A stretch of 64,000 nt of DNA, from positions 6,156 through 70,155 of IMG/VR virus record IMGVR_UViG_3300030012_001430; one strand, written 5' to 3'. The DNA comes from a virus. The notes under the pieces were generated by a model. The model ran no database searches and was not told the origin of the DNA. It saw only the letters and a program-made list of their open reading frames with translations. The position numbers and the translations under genes are program-made. Each line of letters opens with the position of its first letter. Position 1 is the first letter of the stretch. This document shows, in pieces, positions 27,128 to 37,388 of this stretch.

Positions 27128-28465
27128 ATGGGAGAAAAAGGAGACAAACTCAGGGAAGCAGCAGAACTCGCTGACCAAGAAGAGGAACTCCAAGAGAGAC
27201 AGAAGGAACTCACAGAATCTCTCAAAAGCCAATGGTTGGACGAGCAGCCACTGACTAGTCACTTTGAAGTTATCAAGAGGTTTTCAGAAGAATACAACGT
27301 TGGTCTCTCAAAGGCAAGGAAGGAAATGAGAACCCATCTGAAAAAGTATGAGATAGAAGGTAAGGACATCCCTGATATGATAAAGGAACTCAGAACTTAT
27401 CGAAGAACGCTAAAGGGAGAACCGAAGATAGCCGTGACAAAATCAATAGACAATCTAATCAATGCATATTCATCACATCTAGATGAGAATGTCAACAAGA
27501 TATATTGGATTAAGAAATACAAACCTGCATTGAAGGACTTGACTCTTTCAGAAGAGAACATAATCAAACTGTCTCTCATTCACGATGAAGATACTCGTAG
27601 AGAGATAGTAGATACCCTATGCAAATATTGGGAGGCAAGACTAGACAGGGATGGTATGGCATATGGTGAAGAGTATGCTAGGTTGACTAAAGAAATGGCA
27701 AGCACCAAGAGAGAAGTCAACAGTAAAATCAAGAAGTATGTAATTAACATCGGGCCAAAGGAACTAATCAAGAGACACATAGTAAGACTGGTGAGCGAGG
27801 AACAAGGAATCTCAGCAAGACAAGTTCACGAAAGACTACCAACCAACTTGTTCAAGAAAACATCTCCTGCTATGATATCCAAGATGGCACGTTCTGCTAA
27901 TGTGACAGTCGTAGATGGTGCATTATACAAGATGAGTGATGAGATAAAGAAGGACATATATGCCTACACTGCTGCATTCATCGACTCGGATGGATACATA
28001 ACAATGGATAAGAATCACAATCCAAGAATAGGTTTGGTAGCAACCGGAGACAGAGGTAAGGCGTTCATGTTGGAGATGCATAAATCACTAGGTTGTGGTA
28101 GACTACACTTAGACCAAAAATCTCCACAAGACACAAAGCCAATCAATCGACTAAACTTCTATTCTAGAAAAGACGTAGGAGAGATACTGAGCAAGTGTAT
28201 GCCTTTCTTCAGGTTGAAGAAGAAGAATGCGGAGATACTGGTTGAACTACTGCGTATGAAAAAGAGCCATAAGAAGGCTACTTGGTATAACGCTCGTAAG
28301 GAAGAACTATTCAAATTAATGAAGTATGAGAACCACAAAGATGACAAGAACTACGATTTCGCAAAATATAACATAGACATCGATACTGTTGCTAAGTATT
28401 ATGAGAATGATAAGACAAGAGAGATGGATAAGTTAGAATCAGTGATAAAAAACGAGGTAGAATAA
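27128..28465 (+). CDS. free-standing LAGLIDADG endonuclease-domain protein with long helical N-terminus
   Basis: AYTAAFIDSDGYI motif followed by typical LAGLIDADG strands and FFRLKKKNAEIL. Confidence 0.85.
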   Translation: MGEKGDKLREAAELADQEEELQERQKELTESLKSQWLDEQPLTSHFEVIKRFSEEYNVGLSKARKEMRTHLKKYEIEGKDIPDMIKELRTYRRTLKGEPKIAVTKSIDNLINAYSSHLDENVNKIYWIKKYKPALKDLTLSEENIIKLSLIHDEDTRREIVDTLCKYWEARLDRDGMAYGEEYARLTKEMASTKREVNSKIKKYVINIGPKELIKRHIVRLVSEEQGISARQVHERLPTNLFKKTSPAMISKMARSANVTVVDGALYKMSDEIKKDIYAYTAAFIDSDGYITMDKNHNPRIGLVATGDRGKAFMLEMHKSLGCGRLHLDQKSPQDTKPINRLNFYSRKDVGEILSKCMPFFRLKKKNAEILVELLRMKKSHKKATWYNARKEELFKLMKYENHKDDKNYDFAKYNIDIDTVAKYYENDKTREMDKLESVIKNEVE

Positions 28466-28466
28466 A

Positions 28467-30098
28467 ATGGTAGAAGAAAAAAGACCCTCCTTGTTTCAGC
28501 GTTTAACACGCAGGACAACACCGAAGCCACAAGACAGAACGATATACAATCCGGGTATTCAGGAGAAAGACACATCCTATCTCATTACAGCCCCAATAAT
28601 CTATCATGTCACATACCAATCTGTGATTGCTAGAACTTGTATCACTCAACTAAAGAATGAGATATTCAGAAGAGGATACACTTGGGAAGAGAAGTTTACT
28701 GCTAGATGTGGTGACTGTGGAAGAGAACACAAGCAAGCCGTGACAGAGTGTGTAGATTGTAGTAGTCAGAATCTAATAAAGCCTGATAGAGACCAATTGA
28801 AATACATCAAGAAACTACTAGATGGCTATGTAAACAAAGGCGAGCAGATGTTCGTTGATGTTCTGAAGGAGATGGAAGACGACTTGAACATCATGGATGA
28901 TGCATACATGGTCATGGTCAAGGAATATTTCGTAGATGGAAACGGCGATATTCGTATGCATCGAATAAAGGAAGTCTATCGTGGCGACCCTGTTAGTATG
29001 CATATATATGCAGATGAGAACGGTACGAGAGGGAATGAAGGATTCACTTGTTTGAATCATCGTAACTTCGTCAGCAAGTCTATGACAGACTCCTGTGAGA
29101 TGTGCGGCTCTGAATTGCATCCAGTGCATTATGTCAATAGAGCAAACGGAAAAGAGCAGTATTTCATCGAGGGTGAGGTTCTACACTTCAGTAAGTATGC
29201 CCCTTCAAGATTGTATGGGCAATCACCAATCATGACTCTTTGGAATCACATCACTACCTTGATTGCTATGGAGAACTATGTGAACTCTTCATACACGAAG
29301 GCTAGGATGCCAAGAGGAATACTTGCAGTTCAAACTAGAAACATGGAATCAATGAAGTCCTTTTGGCGTGGTGTCAAGGAGAAGATGGAGCAAGACCCTC
29401 ACTTCATTCCAGTTATGGGAATAGAAGGCGAAGGGAAAACAGGTGCAGTTGAATGGGTCAAGTTCATGGACAGCCTCAAGGAAATGGACTACATACAAGT
29501 CAAGGAAGACTTGAGAGATAGAATCGCTGCCTTCTATGGAGTAAGTAAAATATTCATGGCAGACAACTCTGCCAGTGGTGGTCTCAACAACGAGGGTATG
29601 CAGATACTCGTAACCAACAGAGCAGTCGAGATGGCACAGACGATTTGGAATGAGTATGTGTTCCCATTCATGACAAAGGAGTTTGGAATCACAGATTGGC
29701 AGTTGAAACTACCGCCTTCTGAAGAAGAAGATGAGATTGCCAAACTACGAAAGAGGGAGATTGAAGTTAACGTAGCAGCGTCAATCAAGAACCTCGGCTT
29801 TGAGGTTGACATGGATGACGAAGGCAGATTCACTTTCAAGAAGCCTGACCCTAAACCCGAAGCACCACCGGAAGAAGCAGCAGAGGGGGAAGTAGAGACT
29901 GACCCATACGCAGGAACTGATATCGATGCAAGTCAATTAGGACAATTACAAGAACAGGCTTTGATGGGTGGTCAAGGCGGTGGAGAGACTAGAAACAAAC
30001 CATCTATGGAAACTGGCCCTGATAAGAGATTCACAGGATTACCTAGAGAAGCAGGTAATGAGAATGTTGATTCACGAACGGAGAGGAGAGTAGGTTGA
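28467..30098 (+). CDS. portal protein with Zn-ribbon insertions
   Basis: downstream of terL; LYGQSPI, PRGIL, IAAFYGVS portal-like motifs. Confidence 0.85.
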   Translation: MVEEKRPSLFQRLTRRTTPKPQDRTIYNPGIQEKDTSYLITAPIIYHVTYQSVIARTCITQLKNEIFRRGYTWEEKFTARCGDCGREHKQAVTECVDCSSQNLIKPDRDQLKYIKKLLDGYVNKGEQMFVDVLKEMEDDLNIMDDAYMVMVKEYFVDGNGDIRMHRIKEVYRGDPVSMHIYADENGTRGNEGFTCLNHRNFVSKSMTDSCEMCGSELHPVHYVNRANGKEQYFIEGEVLHFSKYAPSRLYGQSPIMTLWNHITTLIAMENYVNSSYTKARMPRGILAVQTRNMESMKSFWRGVKEKMEQDPHFIPVMGIEGEGKTGAVEWVKFMDSLKEMDYIQVKEDLRDRIAAFYGVSKIFMADNSASGGLNNEGMQILVTNRAVEMAQTIWNEYVFPFMTKEFGITDWQLKLPPSEEEDEIAKLRKREIEVNVAASIKNLGFEVDMDDEGRFTFKKPDPKPEAPPEEAAEGEVETDPYAGTDIDASQLGQLQEQALMGGQGGGETRNKPSMETGPDKRFTGLPREAGNENVDSRTERRVG

Positions 30099-30199
30099 GC
30101 GAACTCCTTGACATTGTTAAGAAGTGGAAAGAAGAAACAGAAAAGCGTAATGCAGAGACAGATGAAAGAATTAGGAAGTATTTGGAGGGCAAGAAATGA
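30095..30199 (+). CDS. 34 aa microprotein
   Basis: TTG overlaps the portal stop and its TGA overlaps the next ATG. Confidence 0.45.
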   Translation: MSELLDIVKKWKEETEKRNAETDERIRKYLEGKK

Positions 30200-31164
30200 C
30201 TCTTTGGTTTGAGGAATTGAAGAAAGAGAAAGACGCTTGCTACCGCAAGGTCAGAAGCAGATACAAGAAGTGGCCTTCTGCCTATGCTTCAGGTGCATTA
30301 GTACAATGCAGAAAAGTAGGTGCTGCTAATTGGGGTAACTCAGTTAAGAAAGCAGAATCGAAATACACACCTGAGAACCTATCAGATGAAAAGAGAAGAC
30401 TGTTCGAGTCAGAACCCTCTTTCGATGTAGATTTTCCTGACTATGAGCATCCTGAGAATGAGAAAGAACTTCCAAAGGTTCTAGCCATAATGAAGAAAAA
30501 AGAAATTGACGAGGATGAGATAGAAGACCTAGACCAAAACAACAACGAGATGATGTTGAAGATTGTTGGTGAGAGTAAAGAGGATAGAGAAGATTTGATT
30601 GAGGATATTGATATTCACACAATCAAACTCAAGGTGAAATATGGAAGACCAAGACCTTACGAGATATCCGATAAGATAGAATCTACAACAGATACGGATG
30701 ATAGTCCATCTTTTCCAAGTGGTCATGCGATAGAAGCATACGCCTTAGCCAAGATTCTAGGTAAGGAGTATCCCGACAAGCAAGAGGAGTTGGATAAGAT
30801 GGCTGCTAAGATATCATTGTCTAGAGTTCAGATGGGCAACCATTACCCAAGTGACATCGAAGTAGGAAAGAAGGCTGGCACACTAATTGGTGAGACATAT
30901 CTAGATGGTGACATGAAGAAATCATGGGAAGAGATGCTAGTCAAGGATTGGGTTAGTTGTGCATCATGTGAAGATGACAAACCCGGAACAGAGCCTTGTG
31001 GAAGAAAGGATGCATCCAAGGGAACAAAGAGAAGATGCAGACCAACCTGCTCTGCTTGTGAAGATTACAAGAGAAGAGGCGGGAAACCGAAGAAAAGAAA
31101 GGCAGGTACGTTTAGCAGAGAAGAAGACAAGGGACTTCGTGGTTGGTTTGAAAGGAGGGGTTAG
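30196..31164 (+). CDS. PAP2/vanadium-haloperoxidase-family phosphatase domain flanked by basic Cys-rich modules
   Basis: K-x6-RP (KVKYGRPRP), PSGH and SR-x5-H-x3-D (SRVQMGNHYPSD) all present. Confidence 0.85.
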   Translation: MTLWFEELKKEKDACYRKVRSRYKKWPSAYASGALVQCRKVGAANWGNSVKKAESKYTPENLSDEKRRLFESEPSFDVDFPDYEHPENEKELPKVLAIMKKKEIDEDEIEDLDQNNNEMMLKIVGESKEDREDLIEDIDIHTIKLKVKYGRPRPYEISDKIESTTDTDDSPSFPSGHAIEAYALAKILGKEYPDKQEELDKMAAKISLSRVQMGNHYPSDIEVGKKAGTLIGETYLDGDMKKSWEEMLVKDWVSCASCEDDKPGTEPCGRKDASKGTKRRCRPTCSACEDYKRRGGKPKKRKAGTFSREEDKGLRGWFERRG

Positions 31165-31452
31165 ATGAGTTGGTTTAGTATTGTCAAGAAGGACAAGAAA
31201 GATATGCGAGTTGGAACTGTATATCCTTCAGATAGAGAAGGAAAGAAAATCATGATGCTGACTCATGAAGGAAAGAAGATTCATGCTGGTGCTAAAGGCT
31301 ACGGTAACTACAAGAGAAAGGGTAAGAACCGTGGTGGAGGTACACATAGAAACCCCGCTAGGAGAAAGAATTTCAGAGCGAGGCATAACTGTGACCAATG
31401 TAAAGGTAGAATTACTACCCCCAAGTGCCTTGCATGTAAAAAATTGTGGTGA
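31165..31452 (+). CDS. small basic viral protein (MSWFSIVKK...)
   Basis: KKIHAGAKGY...RRKNFRARHNC pattern seen in small basic viral proteins. Confidence 0.7.
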   Translation: MSWFSIVKKDKKDMRVGTVYPSDREGKKIMMLTHEGKKIHAGAKGYGNYKRKGKNRGGGTHRNPARRKNFRARHNCDQCKGRITTPKCLACKKLW

Positions 31453-31457
31453 GAGAG

Positions 31458-31706
31458 ATGAATTGGTGGAATGTGATTAAACAAACTGACATGCCGATGC
31501 CTGATGCTGGTATGGAAATGGATGCAGAAGAAGGTGGAATAAAACCTGCTAAAGACATGCATGAGGCAAGGGAACATCCTGTTGACCCTGCTATTGCAGA
31601 AGAAATGGAAAAGACACTTTATGGTGGACAGAAGAAACTTGACAAAGACGGAGATGGAGACATCGATGGTAAGGATTTCAAACAACTAAGGGAGGAAAAG
31701 AAATGA
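31458..31706 (+). CDS. small EF-hand protein (MNWWNVIK...)
   Basis: LDKDGDGDIDGKDF canonical EF-hand loop. Confidence 0.75.
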   Translation: MNWWNVIKQTDMPMPDAGMEMDAEEGGIKPAKDMHEAREHPVDPAIAEEMEKTLYGGQKKLDKDGDGDIDGKDFKQLREEKK

Positions 31707-31933
31707 CAGAAGAAAAGAAAGGTGTAAGAGAATTAGAAAAAGAACTAGCGAACGCAAGGGCAGAGCAATATGCTCACCACAGTAGGAATGCCACCAAGAA
31801 CAGGGACTTCTCTGTGGGTGGTATCGACCCTAATGCCGTGAAGAAGGAGAGACCTGATACAGCAGATGTTCCTGATGCAATTCTACTACCTAAGAGAAAG
31901 AGAGCGAAAACACCAAACAATCCGTGGGGATGA
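31703..31933 (+). CDS. hypothetical protein
   Basis: coupled to neighbours; GGAGG upstream. Confidence 0.65.
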   Translation: MTEEKKGVRELEKELANARAEQYAHHSRNATKNRDFSVGGIDPNAVKKERPDTADVPDAILLPKRKRAKTPNNPWG

Positions 31934-33504
31934 TTATCTTGACGCAGGATTTCATGGATGTCTTGCGTATTAAGAAGGAAGATGATGATGATGAGGGTGC
32001 TGTTACAGAAGCACCTGAGTTTGTTGGCCCTGCTGGAAATGAAAGAAGAATAGACCCTTCGGAAAAAGAAGGCAAGACCGGAACAGAACTGATTGATGAA
32101 GAGAGAAGGAAGAAAGAACGTGAGGCCAAAGAAGGAGAGGAACTGGCAGAAGCAGACAAGAAACGCAAATTAGAATCTGCAACAACAATCTCAATGTGGA
32201 AAGAGATTCTAGAGAGATACAGCAAAACGAATGATGTGTCAGACCCCTCTATGAGAGGAACTATCAGAGAGTTCAGTAAGTCATATCTAATTCCTAGAAG
32301 TACAAGTAAGAATAAGATAGACAACTTCTATCAGAGTATAATCACCCAAGAAGCAGACCCTGAGTTGCTCAAGTTATTCTTTGATGATGCAAAAGACTTG
32401 GGGATAGAAATATCGGGCGATACAAGTGGGATATCACTAGACCTCTCGAAAGTAGAGAGAGAATACAACGGCAGACAATCTCTTGAGGTTCTAAGGTCAT
32501 TCTTTGAAGATGCTGCTGGTATCAAGAGAAGTGTGTTGACTGGACAGAAAATGTCAGACAGTGCATTTAGAAAAATAAAAGAGATGCTAAGGGATACTCA
32601 AAGCATAGATGTAGATGAACTAGGAGAAAACCCTAGCACACTATTATCTCAGTTCAGACAACTCGTTCTAACTCTAGATAGGCTCAAGGAAGAGCAGGAA
32701 AAGACACTCTCTAAATCAGCAGACCCTAGCCAACAACCTATCCCTGATTTCATACAAAGAAAAATCGAAGAAGAAGTAGATAAACAAACTAAGGATATCA
32801 AAGACAAAGAGGAAAGGGAAAAGGAAGAAGTAAAGGTTCGTCAGAAACTAAGCAGAGACTATCGTGATGGCAAGTTCCCCGAAGACACCCCTGAACGCAG
32901 AGAAGCAACAAGAAGAATATTTGAGAATGTAAGTAGTGCTGCTCAAAGAACAACTCAGAAGGTTAGAGAAGGTACACAGAAAAAAATACAGGAGTTGGAG
33001 GATAAAATCAATTCAGGTGAGTCATCACTTGAAGAACTAAAACAAAAGTTAAGCCAAACACCTATTAGTGAGCAAACTAAGATAAAGAGTAAGATACGAG
33101 AAACTGAAAAACAGATAAGAGATGCACAGATAACCTTAGAGCAGAAGTATAAAATTAAGAAACCCAAATCAGAAGATGAGACTACAATCGACACTAAAGA
33201 TACTACTTGGGAATACAAACCCCAAGACGATGAAGAAGATATTACGACAGGGTTCTCATATCTAGGAGAAAGTAGCGTGTTTGATAACTTTCAAAGTGTG
33301 GCAAAGACTGTCTCTCAGATAATCGATAAGATTGAGGAGATACTTCAACATGTTTTGGATTTGAGAAACATGGAAGAAGACTCAGACAAAGCAAATGTGT
33401 TTGACAACACTAGAAAGAAGATGATACAACTTGTTAAAGTAACAGTTGGAAACTTTGAATTTATTGTTGGAAAGGACAAATTAAGGGCAATTAAAATTAA
33501 CTGA
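31924..33504 (+). CDS. coiled-coil charged protein
   Basis: 526 aa, K/E-rich. Confidence 0.75.
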   Translation: MGMIILTQDFMDVLRIKKEDDDDEGAVTEAPEFVGPAGNERRIDPSEKEGKTGTELIDEERRKKEREAKEGEELAEADKKRKLESATTISMWKEILERYSKTNDVSDPSMRGTIREFSKSYLIPRSTSKNKIDNFYQSIITQEADPELLKLFFDDAKDLGIEISGDTSGISLDLSKVEREYNGRQSLEVLRSFFEDAAGIKRSVLTGQKMSDSAFRKIKEMLRDTQSIDVDELGENPSTLLSQFRQLVLTLDRLKEEQEKTLSKSADPSQQPIPDFIQRKIEEEVDKQTKDIKDKEEREKEEVKVRQKLSRDYRDGKFPEDTPERREATRRIFENVSSAAQRTTQKVREGTQKKIQELEDKINSGESSLEELKQKLSQTPISEQTKIKSKIRETEKQIRDAQITLEQKYKIKKPKSEDETTIDTKDTTWEYKPQDDEEDITTGFSYLGESSVFDNFQSVAKTVSQIIDKIEEILQHVLDLRNMEEDSDKANVFDNTRKKMIQLVKVTVGNFEFIVGKDKLRAIKIN

Positions 33505-33525
33505 GCATACACAGGAGGCAACCAC

Positions 33526-33855
33526 ATGACATGGCAGGAGATACTGAAAGCCTCCGAGTTTCTAGAGAAACTAGAGCCTAAGCAGAAGAAGAAGATAAAG
33601 AAACTTCTTCAGTCAACTCAGCCAACTGAGTACATGGGACAGGAGATGACGAAGTTAGAAGATGTCATCAAAGAGATGGAAGACCTCGACTTAGTGAAGA
33701 ACGACAAACTGCTTGCCAAGAAGATGAAGTCGTTCCGTGAGAAGAACCTAGACATACTTGCAAGTGCTGCCGAACTTCGCAAAGACTATCAAACGCTGTA
33801 TGACCAAATCAGAAGTGTAGCGTACCCAAAGGGAGAGAAGGAGGAGAAGAAATGA
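33526..33855 (+). CDS. helical protein (MTWQEILKAS...)
   Basis: AGGAGG upstream; shared tag. Confidence 0.75.
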   Translation: MTWQEILKASEFLEKLEPKQKKKIKKLLQSTQPTEYMGQEMTKLEDVIKEMEDLDLVKNDKLLAKKMKSFREKNLDILASAAELRKDYQTLYDQIRSVAYPKGEKEEKK

Positions 33856-33922
33856 AACTCAGAATCGTTGAGGATATAGAGTGGCATAAGGGTATGAGCC
33901 TTCCAATGTTAGGTGATTTAGA

Positions 33923-34105
33923 ATGAGTTGGTTTGAAACACTGAAGGGAGTTTGTGGCACAGAGAAGTCAGATGAGATGGCAAGAGTTACAACAACGGCC
34001 TCCACCGGACAAGATGAAGAAGCGGCCAAGAGGACTGAGGATAAAGAAGCAGAACTACTGGCTATGATACGAGAGAGAAACAGAAAAGCGAGGGAAAGTA
34101 GATGA
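33923..34105 (+). CDS. small protein (MSWFETLKG...)
   Basis: AGGTGA upstream; shared tag. Confidence 0.7.
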   Translation: MSWFETLKGVCGTEKSDEMARVTTTASTGQDEEAAKRTEDKEAELLAMIRERNRKARESR

Positions 34106-34326
34106 GTAAGAAAGAAGAAAAAAATGAAATGTTACTATTAATGAAAGAACTTGTAAACAAGGTTAACGCCTTGGAGCAAGCCGTATACAACAAGGACAAC
34201 ATACTGATGAAGTCAGGATTGGTTGTTCGTGAAACTCCAACACCAGTAATTGCGAATACGCAAGTACCTGATGGTGGTCAAATGTCTTGGGATGAGATTC
34301 GCAAGATGACGGAGAAAATGGGGTGA
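34102..34326 (+). CDS. small coiled-coil protein with C-terminal MSWDEIRKM
   Basis: tail resembles the scaffold C-terminus. Confidence 0.7.
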   Translation: MSKKEEKNEMLLLMKELVNKVNALEQAVYNKDNILMKSGLVVRETPTPVIANTQVPDGGQMSWDEIRKMTEKMG

Positions 34327-34331
34327 AACAA

Positions 34332-34817
34332 ATGCCTGAGAGAGTTACGAAAGAAGAGAAAATAGTTGAACTAGCAATACTAAAAGCAAAAGAGATTCTA
34401 CAAGAAGCAGAGCATCTTGGCACATTAGAACTTGATGAGGATGTCATGGGAGAGGAGATGAAAGTCAAGAAACCCAAGAAGAATCCTTCTGAGGAGAAGA
34501 TGCCTCAGTTAAGCAATATAGAAGGCAAGGAGGATAAAGTCAATGATGGAACTATGAAGAAATCCATCTTGGCTGCTGTTGATGACTTGCTGAAAGTCAT
34601 GGCGGAGCAACAAACAAGAGATGTAACAAGTGGTGCGATGAACGTATCAATGAACAGAATAACCGAACTTGCAGCCCAATTAAGAGAGGCTAGTGGAGAC
34701 AAGGCAACTAGAATTGGTAACGATTTGAAAAGAGAAGTCGATAAACTCAGTATGTTAACAACAAGTGGTCTTCCTTCTAAAGACATTGAGAGAAGCCCTG
34801 AATCACGAAGGTTTTGA
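34332..34817 (+). CDS. hypothetical head-associated protein
   Basis: MPERVTKEEKIVELAILKA...; GGTGA upstream. Confidence 0.7.
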   Translation: MPERVTKEEKIVELAILKAKEILQEAEHLGTLELDEDVMGEEMKVKKPKKNPSEEKMPQLSNIEGKEDKVNDGTMKKSILAAVDDLLKVMAEQQTRDVTSGAMNVSMNRITELAAQLREASGDKATRIGNDLKREVDKLSMLTTSGLPSKDIERSPESRRF

Positions 34818-34823
34818 TGGTGG

Positions 34824-37388
34824 ATGACAACATCAGGCGTATCCTTTGAGAAGGAAACTAAGGCTCTATCAAAAAGAGTTCTAGATTTCTTTGAGAGGGT
34901 GCGTTATGCATATCTATCTGCAAAGGAGAATCCGAAGGAATACGGTAAGAAGTGGAAGTCAACTGTGAAGTCTATTCGTGAGGAATATGATGGCTTAGGA
35001 GAGTTCGCCTCAGAACTGAAAGACAGTATCACAGAGAAGGAACTCTTCGATGACAAGATATTCGATGCTGAGAGCCTTCTTGCTAGAAGAGTCTATGAAG
35101 ATGTAAAGAGAATGAGATTCGAGTCGAAGGGAGCATCCGACCCATTCTCTGAGCAACTAGGAGACAAGGTTCTAGAGGTTCTTCTAGAAGACAAGGCAAC
35201 ATTTGCAGCATTCATCCATTATGCATTGCGAAGCCATTCAAACCCAATACCAAAGAAGGCATGGCAAGAGAATGGCCTAAAGCCCGATGAGATAACTCAA
35301 GGATACATGGGTCTAGACTTAGAAGACAAAGACATCCCCCTATACATAATAGAGCATTATGGTGACGACAAGGACTCTAGAAGAGTAAAGGGTAAGTTCA
35401 AGGAAGCAAGAGAGTTACTAGAGAAGGTATATGATGAGAGTTACTCAGAGGAAAAGTGGGACTCTCTAGTAGAGGTTGACATCGCAAAGTCAGAAGAGGA
35501 GAAAGAAGACATTGATTTCATAATACCGAACAAACCAATGTATCGAATATTTGAACTCGATGATATGAAGGACATCAAGGGATTGAGCGGTGAGTATGTT
35601 GTTCAAGAGAAGTATGACGGAATGAGAATACAGATTCACAAGATGGGAGATAACATCAAGATATACTCATACAACGAGAAGGATATCACTGATAAGTGTC
35701 CTGAAGTAGTCGAGAAGATGGGTAAGAAAGGGATAGGAGATTGCATACTGGATGGAGAACTACTTCTCTTTCAAGGAGATGAGGCATTACATAGAGCAAG
35801 TGTGATTACTCATGTGTTCAAGAAGAAGATACCCGATACTAAACTAAGGGCGCATGTGTTTGATGTGATGAAACACGAAGGAAAGGACTTGATGGATGAG
35901 CCTCTAAGAGAGAGAATCAACATAATGTTCTATCAATACTCACAGCATTCTTCTGAAGAACTTGCTTTCCCCTCAAAGAAAGATACTAGAATCGCTGACT
36001 CCATGAAGGAAGTCGGGGAGTATGCAGAGAAGATAATGGAGATGCCAACCTCAGAAGGAGTTGTAATCAAGGACATAGAATCAACTTACTACATGGGTAG
36101 GAAGAAGAACCCGAAGTGGATTAAGTGGAAGAAGTTCGTTGACCTAGATGTGATAGTTCTAGAAGACAAGAAAACGAAGAGTGGCCTACATTCCTATACA
36201 ATGGGTATTGGTCCTCTCACTGCTGAACAGACTAGGGAAATGAAAACAATGGAACTTGATGACAAGAACTACCTTCCTGTTGGTAAGGCATTGAATACCA
36301 AAGTCGAGGTTGATGTTGGAAGCATCATTCGTGTAAAGGTGGATGAAGTCACCAAGAAAGGAAAGGGATTCAGTCTCTATTCTGCTAAAGTGATAGAGTT
36401 ACCTGAAGTGGATGAGTCTGACAAACTAGAGACTTTAGAACAACTAGCGACTAAGACCAAGAAAGCATTAGTCCCTAAGCATCCTTTCGTAAAGCCATCT
36501 GATTTGGCTAATCCATTGACTGTGATAGCAGAGTTGCAGCAAGAGAAGAGAGACAAAAAGAGAATCAAGAAGTATATTGTGACTGATTATGTTCATGGAG
36601 AAGCAGAGATAATCTGCAAGCATGAGTTAGATGGTTTCACTGTTTATGGTTTCGATGGAGACCAATTGATGCAGAAGAATGCATTGCATAACATGGATGT
36701 ATGGAAGGAACAACTAGAGAAACTAATGAAGTCTAGGAAATCGAAACTAAGAGTAGCAATTAGGAAGATAATAGAGGACAATCAGAAAGCAATGGAGTTT
36801 GATGAACTAGAGGAGAAACTCAGAGTAACAGAAGAGGATGCCTATGATGAAATCTTTGAGGGCAAGCCAAAGAATCTACTATCTTGGATGAAGAATCAAG
36901 ATGCATTCGTGTTCCTTTCACCTAACAGGTTTGATGTATCTCCTGAGAATATAGAGAAGGACGAAGATGATGAACTAGCAGGAGAGTTTGAAGTTCGCCA
37001 ACGTGAAGACGGTAACTTGGATTTTGTCATCCAAACAGACAAAGACAGAATGGCTTGGTTGATAGACTTAGAAAAGCCTGAAGACATCTTTGACTTATTC
37101 GGTAAGTCCGGCAAGTATCCAGCGAAGGTATCTGAGAAGATAGACAGCACGAAGATAATAGACAGTGGAGAACTTATCTTCGGCGTTCAACGAGATGGGT
37201 ATCATGAATATAGAATGGAAGGAGACAAGTTCCAAACTAGAATACACTTCAGGGTTGTTCCTCTAGATGAGAAAAAGTCTTGGATTGTATTCACAGGCAA
37301 GAAACAAGACATGTTGGACGATAAATCTGATGAGGGAATCATCGATATCACAAAGGACAAGTATAGCAATTTAGAACTACCTGAATAA
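34824..37388 (+). CDS. lig: ATP-dependent DNA ligase, multidomain
   Basis: motif I QEKYDGMR, III ILDGEL, IIIa FDVM, IV EGVVIK, V WIKWKK, then an OB fold; extra N- and C-terminal domains. Confidence 0.9.
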   Translation: MTTSGVSFEKETKALSKRVLDFFERVRYAYLSAKENPKEYGKKWKSTVKSIREEYDGLGEFASELKDSITEKELFDDKIFDAESLLARRVYEDVKRMRFESKGASDPFSEQLGDKVLEVLLEDKATFAAFIHYALRSHSNPIPKKAWQENGLKPDEITQGYMGLDLEDKDIPLYIIEHYGDDKDSRRVKGKFKEARELLEKVYDESYSEEKWDSLVEVDIAKSEEEKEDIDFIIPNKPMYRIFELDDMKDIKGLSGEYVVQEKYDGMRIQIHKMGDNIKIYSYNEKDITDKCPEVVEKMGKKGIGDCILDGELLLFQGDEALHRASVITHVFKKKIPDTKLRAHVFDVMKHEGKDLMDEPLRERINIMFYQYSQHSSEELAFPSKKDTRIADSMKEVGEYAEKIMEMPTSEGVVIKDIESTYYMGRKKNPKWIKWKKFVDLDVIVLEDKKTKSGLHSYTMGIGPLTAEQTREMKTMELDDKNYLPVGKALNTKVEVDVGSIIRVKVDEVTKKGKGFSLYSAKVIELPEVDESDKLETLEQLATKTKKALVPKHPFVKPSDLANPLTVIAELQQEKRDKKRIKKYIVTDYVHGEAEIICKHELDGFTVYGFDGDQLMQKNALHNMDVWKEQLEKLMKSRKSKLRVAIRKIIEDNQKAMEFDELEEKLRVTEEDAYDEIFEGKPKNLLSWMKNQDAFVFLSPNRFDVSPENIEKDEDDELAGEFEVRQREDGNLDFVIQTDKDRMAWLIDLEKPEDIFDLFGKSGKYPAKVSEKIDSTKIIDSGELIFGVQRDGYHEYRMEGDKFQTRIHFRVVPLDEKKSWIVFTGKKQDMLDDKSDEGIIDITKDKYSNLELPE

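Noticed and set aside
27128-28465. Intein or group I intron associated with terL or portal
   Set aside because: terL and portal look complete; the ORF lacks N-terminal C/S and C-terminal HN splice motifs and has only a few nt of flanking spacer
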